Shown: in pieces, positions 33,552 to 40,147 of the stretch
How the letters are laid out: every line of letters begins with the position of its first letter
Position numbering within the stretch: position 1 is the first letter of the stretch
IMG/VR virus record: IMGVR_UViG_2778261267_000001
Source: a virus
Taxonomy: Duplodnaviria; Heunggongvirae; Uroviricota; Caudoviricetes
Reading direction: 5' to 3' (one strand)
DNA length: 40,147 bases
The notes under the pieces: generated by a model
What the model saw: only the letters and a program-made list of their open reading frames with translations
Databases searched by the model: none
What the model was told of the DNA's origin: nothing
Position numbers and translations under genes: made by a program

Positions 33552-35750
33552 ATGACGGTCTCAACCGAAGTTGACCACAACGAATACACAGGTAACGGCG
33601 TTACGACATCGTTTCCGTATACCTTCCGCATTTTCAAAAAATCCGACCTGGTTGTTCAGGTGGTTGACCTTGACGAAAATATCGCTGTGCTGGCTCTTGA
33701 TACTGATTATACAGTTACCGGGGCGGGAGGATATAACGGTGGTAATGTAATTCTGTCGAAGGCGCTGGCTAACGGTTATAAGATTTCTATATCACGAGAG
33801 CTACCGGTTACTCAGGAAACTGATCTGCGCAATCAGGGCAAGTTCTTTGCAGAAGTGCATGAGGATGCTTTTGATAAACTGACTATGCTGATTCAGCAGG
33901 CTATTAGTTTGTTGCGTCTTTCTCTGCGTAAACCGTCTTTTGTCGCAAATTACTATGATGCTCTGAACAATTACATTCGCAATCTTCGTGACCCGTCACG
34001 TCCACAGGATGCAGCAACAAAGAATTATGTTGATAGTCTTGCTGAAGAAAATTTAAGACGAACTTTGCGAACCCCTGAACGGATACCAGAACTCCCTGGA
34101 GTTGAACAGCGTAAGAATAAGATTATTGCAATGGATGATTCTGGAAATCCGATAATGGTTTTGCCTGAATCTGGTTCAGCATCAGATGTTCTGATTGAAC
34201 TAGCTAAGCCAAGCGGCCTTGGTATGATAGGGGCATCTTCTGGAAATAGTGCGCAGGCTGATATTGATTTATTGTCTTATGCTTACGGTATAAGATTAAG
34301 CACTTACCTTGATCGCGAAGACCCTTTGAGTGATGCTCTGATTGATTCACGATCAAAAAATCTACCATTAGTCATTGACTGCGATGCGACGTACAAAACA
34401 TTTCTGGTTTACAGTAACGACAGGATAATCGGTTGCGGAGATCATACTTTAACAAAAGCAGGGAATGACAAGTCATCAATACCATCAGCACAGCAACCTG
34501 AACGCCCACCTGGAACGATGACAGATTTCAGCGCGATTGATGCCGGTATTATTATCGTTCACCCTGAAAATGGAGCAGCAACTAATATCGAAATCACAGG
34601 GTTTAACATAAAAAGCAACTCTCACTCCGAATATGGAATATATCATCCTGTTTTATCATTTTCACGTATATCTAATATCAAAATTACTGGCTTTAAAAAG
34701 GGGATGAGAGCAAAAGACTCTTATGGAAACCAGTTTAGTAAAATATTCTCATTGTATTATTACTCTCCCCAAGATGTTTATAGCGACAACTATTGTTATG
34801 ATTTTTCTGATGGAGATTACGCCTCAGGAACAAGTAACACATTCAGTAATGTTACCTGTACTAACTATAAGAGACCATTCTTCTTTCAGAACCATAATTA
34901 CTTCACGATGACAAACTGTGGTGGTGAAGGGGTTAATACGCATGAGGCAGTAACAAACACAAACTATCCTCTTGTTTTTGAGTTTGTAAATGTTGTAAGT
35001 GCTGTATTGAACACTCCTTATACTGAAAATCTTTATGGAGGATTTTTAAGAGCAACATCAACGCCTGAAGGAACTGCGCAAGGTCCATCAACTATAGTTA
35101 TAAATGGACCGCAGGCAATTACAGGCATATACGGAACAGACACTGAAGTTGGAGCAAAGTTATTTGATGTAAGCGGCTCAGTAAACGTAGCTGTTAATGG
35201 TGGGGTGTTGACAGGTGCATCATTTGGCAAGTTCCTTAAGTTTGGCGGGGCTTCAGACGAAGCATGTCTGCTGATAACGGGCATGGATATGAAGTATGTG
35301 CTGTCTCAAATACGTAGTGATTTTGGATATAACGGAATTAATTCAGTTAAAGGACTTAGGCCAATTCAAATTTTGAGGAATGGAATTGGCTCTGCAACTG
35401 GTAGCGGGATTGTTAACTGGAAAAGTGCATCTATAGATGATTATTTTATGAATGGCGGTAATTATACAAAAACAGCGCTTGGTGGTTTTTATAAGATAGA
35501 AATTACGCTGCCAATAGGATCATCTGCATCAGGTGGAGAAGTTCAACTCTTGCTGTCAGATACGGATACAGACAATGGAGTTATAATTTCACAATGCTAT
35601 GTTCCTCCAGTGTCAAGCGGTAAGTTTACTGCCTCCATAAGCTACGAAGGTAGATTGCCTGGAGGAAAGTACCTTTATGTAAAGGCTAATAATGCCAGCT
35701 GGTCATCTGCATACGACATTGATTCAGTGTTTAATGTAATCCTGAAGTAA
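33552..35750 (+). CDS. Tailspike / receptor-binding protein with a low-GC C-terminal (likely O-antigen-directed) domain
   Basis: 732-aa ORF with strong RBS. N-terminal ~170 aa at normal GC, remainder markedly AT-rich; C-terminal region rich in N/G/S/T, consistent with a beta-helix receptor-binding fold. Confidence 0.8.
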   Translation: MTVSTEVDHNEYTGNGVTTSFPYTFRIFKKSDLVVQVVDLDENIAVLALDTDYTVTGAGGYNGGNVILSKALANGYKISISRELPVTQETDLRNQGKFFAEVHEDAFDKLTMLIQQAISLLRLSLRKPSFVANYYDALNNYIRNLRDPSRPQDAATKNYVDSLAEENLRRTLRTPERIPELPGVEQRKNKIIAMDDSGNPIMVLPESGSASDVLIELAKPSGLGMIGASSGNSAQADIDLLSYAYGIRLSTYLDREDPLSDALIDSRSKNLPLVIDCDATYKTFLVYSNDRIIGCGDHTLTKAGNDKSSIPSAQQPERPPGTMTDFSAIDAGIIIVHPENGAATNIEITGFNIKSNSHSEYGIYHPVLSFSRISNIKITGFKKGMRAKDSYGNQFSKIFSLYYYSPQDVYSDNYCYDFSDGDYASGTSNTFSNVTCTNYKRPFFFQNHNYFTMTNCGGEGVNTHEAVTNTNYPLVFEFVNVVSAVLNTPYTENLYGGFLRATSTPEGTAQGPSTIVINGPQAITGIYGTDTEVGAKLFDVSGSVNVAVNGGVLTGASFGKFLKFGGASDEACLLITGMDMKYVLSQIRSDFGYNGINSVKGLRPIQILRNGIGSATGSGIVNWKSASIDDYFMNGGNYTKTALGGFYKIEITLPIGSSASGGEVQLLLSDTDTDNGVIISQCYVPPVSSGKFTASISYEGRLPGGKYLYVKANNASWSSAYDIDSVFNVILK

Positions 35751-35777
35751 ACTAAGGCCCAGAACATGGGCCTTTCG

Positions 35778-36836
35778 TTACTTTATAAAGCGGCGACCTA
35801 TTGAAATAAAATGCTTTTCAATTAGTTCGTGCACTGCCACTGATATTATTAAGGTGATTGATAAAACTATAAACAACCTAGAAAACCCTGATGTGTTTGT
35901 GAAAATAAATGTATCGTACTTATAAATGCACTCAAGTATAATTACATGCACTATATATAATGAATAAGATATATCCCCGAGGTACTCAAGAGTGTTGCAT
36001 TTTTTTATTCCATTATTTTTTTCATACATAACTAAAATAAATACTATTAGAGCGCTTAGCCCCCCCCACTTTAATGGGCCGTGACCATAGAATAAATTAA
36101 TCTGGGATGCAATTAACGAAAATAACAGAAGCAATAGCCAAGGTGTAATTTTATTAAACAATATGGACTTGAAATCTACATGTTTGTATATTGCATATAT
36201 AATAATCCCATATACAAAATCAAGAAACATTGGTGAATAGAAAAGAGCGAATGCATTGCTTGGCGTTACGTTAACTTGTTTTGTATAAGCATCTGTAGAA
36301 ATCGAATCATTGAAATAGTAAGAGGCCACAATGAATATTACAACGATAGATAGCAAGCTAATGCATGTTCTGTATTTTTGATTGAAGGCAATAGCCAACC
36401 CAAAAATAGCATAGAATGCGATTTCATAAGTTATCGTCCATGCAGTATCAAGTAAATTGAACCCATAAAAAGGACTTCCTGCAGAATAATCGCTATGTAT
36501 TGGTATTAATGATTTTATGTATAATGAGTAACTGGATTCTGATTTAATGGTTAAGAAATAAACTGTCACGCATATTATCAGTAAAGGATAAATCCTGAAA
36601 AAACGACGAATAAAAAAATTAAATACGGCGTGCTTTTCAAGCCTTTCAGTTGAAAGGCATATTATAAATCCGCTAATTATAAAAAAAAGGTCAACACCGA
36701 AAGCCCCGTAATTGAAAAGCAAAGAACCTAGATCCTTCTGTGAGTAAACTTCATTCAAATACCACTTCGTATGATAAAGAACCACAAAAATAGAAGCAAA
36801 TCCCCTCATGTATTGTATTGAATGAACTTTGTTCAA
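35778..36836 (-). CDS. Acyltransferase family 3 membrane protein (probable O-antigen acetyltransferase, lysogenic conversion)
   Basis: 352-aa very AT-rich ORF with about ten hydrophobic segments and an N-terminal MRGFASIFVVLYH segment typical of acyltransferase_3 enzymes. Confidence 0.8.
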   Translation of the reverse strand: MNKVHSIQYMRGFASIFVVLYHTKWYLNEVYSQKDLGSLLFNYGAFGVDLFFIISGFIICLSTERLEKHAVFNFFIRRFFRIYPLLIICVTVYFLTIKSESSYSLYIKSLIPIHSDYSAGSPFYGFNLLDTAWTITYEIAFYAIFGLAIAFNQKYRTCISLLSIVVIFIVASYYFNDSISTDAYTKQVNVTPSNAFALFYSPMFLDFVYGIIIYAIYKHVDFKSILFNKITPWLLLLLFSLIASQINLFYGHGPLKWGGLSALIVFILVMYEKNNGIKKCNTLEYLGDISYSLYIVHVIILECIYKYDTFIFTNTSGFSRLFIVLSITLIISVAVHELIEKHFISIGRRFIK

Positions 36837-37046
36837 TTAAATAACCCTCTGCTTAATAATATTTTTACATAACTGTAAGTTATTTTGATTCTCATAAGAA
36901 CCAATGGTTTTTAGAAAACCACCACAAGCAAATCGAAGTTTATCACCTTTGGGGTAATTGCGGTAGAATTGGTATGACGTTTTTTGAACCGCATATGGTT
37001 TATTGTGTATGATGAACTCATCAATAAGTTGGTTCTTCATGCACAT
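36837..37046 (-). CDS. Hypothetical small protein (69 aa) upstream of the acyltransferase - doubtful
   Basis: AT-rich ORF abutting the acyltransferase start; a near-operator palindrome (36943-36957) lies inside it, so this may be promoter DNA rather than a gene. Confidence 0.3.
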   Translation of the reverse strand: MCMKNQLIDEFIIHNKPYAVQKTSYQFYRNYPKGDKLRFACGGFLKTIGSYENQNNLQLCKNIIKQRVI

Positions 37047-37061
37047 TAAACGGTGGTTTTT

Positions 37062-37466
37062 ATGTCAGTTCAGCTAACCAGTGAGTCTTTAAATCAGTGG
37101 CTTAGTGCTGGTTCTCTTGCTGCGGTGATAGCAGGGGTTCCTCCAGAGGTGGCTTTGGGGGCTTTGGCTGGGGCGGTAATTTTTGTTACCTCGGCCATCG
37201 AGTATCCCATTCATCGCCGGGTTCTCCTGTCTATGCTCAGCTTCCTCTGCGGCCTTCTCTTTTACAAACCTACAGCGTCCATCCTTATCGGTGTAGCCAG
37301 CCTGATCCCTACCATCACGCAGGACTCTTTCGAGAAAGGGATTGTTTTCTCTGCTGGTGCATTCGTGTCAGCAATCGTTGCAGTTCGAATTGGCATCTGG
37401 CTCTATCACCGTTCCGATAATCCACGCGAGTTAATTCCGGGGAGAAAAGACGATGGTAACGCATGA
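37062..37466 (+). CDS. Holin-like membrane protein
   Basis: 134 aa from the ATG at 37062; three or more hydrophobic helices; first gene of the lysis cassette, upstream of the endolysin. Confidence 0.5.
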   Translation: MSVQLTSESLNQWLSAGSLAAVIAGVPPEVALGALAGAVIFVTSAIEYPIHRRVLLSMLSFLCGLLFYKPTASILIGVASLIPTITQDSFEKGIVFSAGAFVSAIVAVRIGIWLYHRSDNPRELIPGRKDDGNA

Positions 37467-37761
37467 GCTTTTTTTGCTTATCACCAATGCAGTTATTTGT
37501 ACTGGCATAGCAATTCGTGTTGTCACATTCCGGCGTAACGGATCTCAACACCGAAGATGGGGAGGCTGGCTTGCTTATTTTCTGATTGTTGCTGCGGCCA
37601 GTATTCCAGTTCGTGCTGTCTATGCAATCTGGCTACGCACGCCAATGGCTGTGGATTTATCTGAGGTCATTATCAACGCTGTCATGTTTGCTGCGGTTGT
37701 TAAAACGCGCGGTAACGTCGTTCAGTTTTTCAAAATAACGAGGTCTAAACATGGAGATTAA
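37453..37761 (+). CDS. Second small membrane protein of the lysis cassette (holin/antiholin candidate)
   Basis: 102-aa ORF with three hydrophobic segments, overlapping both neighbours. Confidence 0.5.
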   Translation: MVTHELFLLITNAVICTGIAIRVVTFRRNGSQHRRWGGWLAYFLIVAAASIPVRAVYAIWLRTPMAVDLSEVIINAVMFAAVVKTRGNVVQFFKITRSKHGD

Positions 37762-38380
37762 ACAATTCCAGCGAGCTGCTGGTATTAGCGAGGCGCTGGC
37801 CGCACGCTGGTTCTCGCATATAACTTCTGCGATGAAAGAGTTTGGTATCAGCAAACCAGAAGATCAGGCAATGTTTATTGCTCAGGTCGGGCATGAGTCT
37901 GGAGGCTTCACCCGGCTGCAGGAGAACTTCAACTACAGCGTGACCGGGCTGGCGGGATTCGTCCGTTCCGGGCGCCTCACTCAGGGCCAGGCCAACGCGC
38001 TGGGCCGTCGTGCTGGTGAGCCATCGTTACCGCTGGAGCGCCAGCGTGCGATCGCCAATCTGGTGTATAGCAAGCGCATGGGGAACAACGGGCCGACTGA
38101 CGGCTGGTTTTACCGTGGGCGCGGGCTTATCCAGATTACCGGTTTGAATAACTATCGTGACTGCGGAAACGGTCTAAAAGTGGACCTGCTGGAGAATCCT
38201 GAGCTGTTGACGCAGGACGAATACGCGGCTCGTAGCGCGGCGTGGTTCTTCTCCAGCAAAGGCTGCATGAAGTATCCCGGAGATATTGCACGTGTAACTC
38301 TGATTATCAATGGTGGCCGGAACGGCATCGACGACCGGCGCGCGCGGTACGTTACTGCCAGTAAGGTGCTGGCCGTATGA
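37751..38380 (+). CDS. Endolysin, glycoside hydrolase family 19 (chitinase-like lysozyme)
   Basis: 209-aa ORF; the segment [12 protein letters not shown]...[11 protein letters not shown] matches the GH19 catalytic core as used by phage endolysins. Confidence 0.8.
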   Translation: MEIKQFQRAAGISEALAARWFSHITSAMKEFGISKPEDQAMFIAQVGHESGGFTRLQENFNYSVTGLAGFVRSGRLTQGQANALGRRAGEPSLPLERQRAIANLVYSKRMGNNGPTDGWFYRGRGLIQITGLNNYRDCGNGLKVDLLENPELLTQDEYAARSAAWFFSSKGCMKYPGDIARVTLIINGGRNGIDDRRARYVTASKVLAV

Positions 38381-38859
38381 TCTGGGCATTCGTAAAAGCA
38401 TACCGTAATCAGTTGATTATCATGGCGGTGCTTGCTGTTCTGGTCATATCAGGAGTTGTTGCCTGGAATGTGCACGGCAGTCGTCAGTACGACGCTGGGT
38501 ATGCACAGGCGAAAGAAGACCGCAAAACCGAAGATGAGAGAGTTCGTCAGCACTACGAACAGGAGAAATCGATCAATGAACGTGAAGCGCAGCAGAGGAT
38601 CGACCAGGCGCACAATGATGCTCTTGATGCTGCCGCTCGCGCTGGCCGGTTGCAGCAACAGCTCGTTGCCATCCGTGAGCAGCTCAGGCACTATAACGCC
38701 ATTGTCGGCGCTGGGTCGTCAGCCGCAGACACCGGAGTTTTGCTTGCCGACGTGTTCAGCAAATCTCTCGAGAGAAATAGACAACTGGCAGAGTATGCTG
38801 ACCGGGCATCCGAAGCCGGAAGAGTCTGCGAAAAACAGTATGACACCCTGACCAGATAG
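38377..38859 (+). CDS. Rz-like i-spanin
   Basis: 160-aa ORF with an N-terminal TM helix and a coiled-coil periplasmic domain; overlaps the endolysin stop; contains an embedded +1-frame lipoprotein ORF. Confidence 0.7.
   Translation: MIWAFVKAYRNQLIIMAVLAVLVISGVVAWNVHGSRQYDAGYAQAKEDRKTEDERVRQHYEQEKSINEREAQQRIDQAHNDALDAAARAGRLQQQLVAIREQLRHYNAIVGAGSSAADTGVLLADVFSKSLERNRQLAEYADRASEAGRVCEKQYDTLTR
38576..38851 (+). CDS. Rz1-like o-spanin (lipoprotein) embedded within the Rz gene
   Basis: Alternative-frame ORF wholly inside Rz, with AGGAG RBS 10 nt upstream of the ATG at 38576, a lipobox (LALAGCS) and a Pro/Ser-rich mature part. Confidence 0.6.
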   Translation: MNVKRSRGSTRRTMMLLMLPLALAGCSNSSLPSVSSSGTITPLSALGRQPQTPEFCLPTCSANLSREIDNWQSMLTGHPKPEESAKNSMTP

Positions 38860-39004
38860 CATGGCATTTTTCATGGTACTGATTTCCTGTGACGGTATAT
38901 AAAACGGTACGAGGAAAATTTAGCTTTAGAAAAGTGTTATCACTCAATTGGTTATGGCGTCCGTAAATAATTGAGTGGGAATGATTTGATCCTGCACTAT
39001 GAAT

Positions 39005-39038
39005 GAACAAAACCCTCTGTTACTACAGAGGGTTTTTT
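39005..39038. terminator. Bidirectional intrinsic terminator at the putative prophage right boundary
   Basis: ACCCTCTGT-TACT-ACAGAGGGT hairpin flanked by AACAAAA on one side and TTTTTT on the other. Confidence 0.7.
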
Positions 39039-39076
39039 ATCTTCAAGAATCATAGGCTTGAAGTTAGTAACATCGA

Positions 39077-39616
39077 TTAATTAAACCAGCTGTCCGATTT
39101 GTTCTCTTCTGCTTTGCCCACGCTTTTCATCAGATCGCGACCGCCTTCAGTCATATTTCTGTTGGCGTCAGCTTCAGATTGCACCACATCGGTTTGCGCA
39201 GCTTTGTGCTTCAGTTCCTGATCGATAAATTCGTTTTCGCGCTTAACGCGGGCTTCTTCTTTTGCCAGCGCCAGTTTTTGTTTCTGAATCTCTAAGCTGC
39301 GTAGCTCATCTTCATAACTTTGATCGCGTTTTTTGTCCGCAGTGGCTTCGGCGTCCAGTTTATCCTGACGAGCTTTCTTATTTGCCGCTGCCGTTGCCGC
39401 TCTTTTGTTAGCGGCGGCCTGGGCATTTGCGCGACGTTGCTTCTCTTGCTGGATTTCCCTGTTGCGCTCCGCGACCCATTCGTCATGCTGCCTTTGCTCT
39501 TCATTTTTACCTTGCTGTTCCGCTTCTGCGACAGCAGAGAGTTGATCCTGCAATGATGAGGCGATAGCCGGATAGCTTAAGGAGGCTAAGATGGCGCAAA
39601 GAAAAACTTTCTTCAT
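39077..39616 (-). CDS. Exported coiled-coil protein (signal peptide; Gln/Lys/Ala-rich)
   Basis: 179-aa ORF with a signal peptide (MKKVFLCAILASLSYPAIA) and a highly charged helical body; may be host flank or prophage cargo. Confidence 0.55.
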   Translation of the reverse strand: MKKVFLCAILASLSYPAIASSLQDQLSAVAEAEQQGKNEEQRQHDEWVAERNREIQQEKQRRANAQAAANKRAATAAANKKARQDKLDAEATADKKRDQSYEDELRSLEIQKQKLALAKEEARVKRENEFIDQELKHKAAQTDVVQSEADANRNMTEGGRDLMKSVGKAEENKSDSWFN

Positions 39617-39631
39617 GACTCCTCCTGATTA

Positions 39632-40147
39632 TTAGCTCTTTTCAGGACATTTGGTATTTGGCTGAATACGCGTTTCGTTATACGTCGTGGTAATAACAAC
39701 GGCTAAACCTGTCGTAAACTGGCACTCTTTACCCACCTGGGTAGAGGTATACACTTTGGTGCCTTCCTTATAGGTTAAAGAAACACCTTCCACTAAGGTT
39801 TTATCATTCACCATAGAACCCGCTGCCGCGCCTACAGCTCCGCCGCCAACTGCACCTGCCGTCGTTCCGGAATTGCTGCCAGACCCGACGTTGTGGCCGA
39901 TAACACCGCCAGCGACTGCGCCAATAAGCGCGCCGAAGGCTTGTGCGTTCCGTTTATTTTGGGAGTTGTCTACGGCAACTTTTGCGGGAAGAATGGAAAT
40001 AATATTAACGGTTTTAGTTTCTTGTTTGGTATTCAGTTGATCGGTTTGATAAACATCGGCAGCATGATCGTCAGCATTTGACTGGCATCCTGCCAGAGTG
40101 AATGACGCTAACATTGCCACAGGCAGAAGACATTTTTTAAATTTCAT
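39632..40147 (-). CDS. Glycine-zipper outer-membrane lipoprotein (YcfJ-like family)
   Basis: 171-aa ORF starting at the last base of the window; lipobox (LAGCQ) and a GxxxG glycine-zipper block (GALIGAVAGGVIGHNVGSG) resembling E. coli YcfJ-type lipoproteins. Confidence 0.6.
   Translation of the reverse strand: MKFKKCLLPVAMLASFTLAGCQSNADDHAADVYQTDQLNTKQETKTVNIISILPAKVAVDNSQNKRNAQAFGALIGAVAGGVIGHNVGSGSNSGTTAGAVGGGAVGAAAGSMVNDKTLVEGVSLTYKEGTKVYTSTQVGKECQFTTGLAVVITTTYNETRIQPNTKCPEKS

Larger units (their letters stand above)
1..38860. mobile_element. Integrated temperate phage (prophage); right end estimated between 38860 and 39076, left end at or beyond position 1
   Basis: Contiguous integrase, immunity switch, replication, terminase, virion and lysis genes in canonical order. 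No att repeat can be checked because the left junction lies outside the window. Confidence 0.8.

Noticed and set aside
1-40147. CRISPR arrays, insertion sequences, toxin-antitoxin pairs, retron or reverse-transcriptase genes
   Set aside because: Looked for regularly spaced direct repeats, transposase-like ORFs with terminal inverted repeats and RT motifs; none seen by eye. The only tandem repeats are the iterons in the O-like gene and the codon-level repeats in the scaffold gene.

Overview
Almost the whole window is one integrated temperate phage of an enterobacterial-type host (about 1 to 38,860). Gene order: tyrosine integrase, MT-A70 adenine methylase, AlpA-like regulator, RecT/RecE-like recombination pair, CI-like repressor and divergent Cro-like gene, O/P-like replication genes with in-gene iterons, a block of accessory genes (DUF1064, coiled-coil proteins, MmcB-like nuclease, DUF551, ASCH), small and large terminase, a reverse-oriented island with tRNA-Arg(UCU), then a podovirus T7-like morphogenesis block (portal, scaffold, capsid, tubular-tail and internal virion proteins, tailspike), a low-GC acyltransferase (probable O-antigen modification), and a lysis cassette (holin-like proteins, GH19 endolysin, Rz with embedded Rz1). 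The last ~1.1 kb carries two exported/lipoprotein genes that may be host flank. I did not find a single obviously novel multi-gene system. The strongest unexplained signal is regulatory: a perfect palindrome TTACC-N5-GGTAA recurs at seven or more intergenic positions, at the immunity switch and also in front of middle, late and tailspike transcription units, three times paired with a conserved TATGTGGTT element. This suggests one DNA-binding protein controlling the whole prophage (stoperator-like). Other points worth a second look are a small-membrane-protein module inserted before the tailspike, the tRNA/moron island, and a low-GC host-range plus serotype-conversion cassette. All product calls are from reading the translations and motifs by eye; no database search was run.
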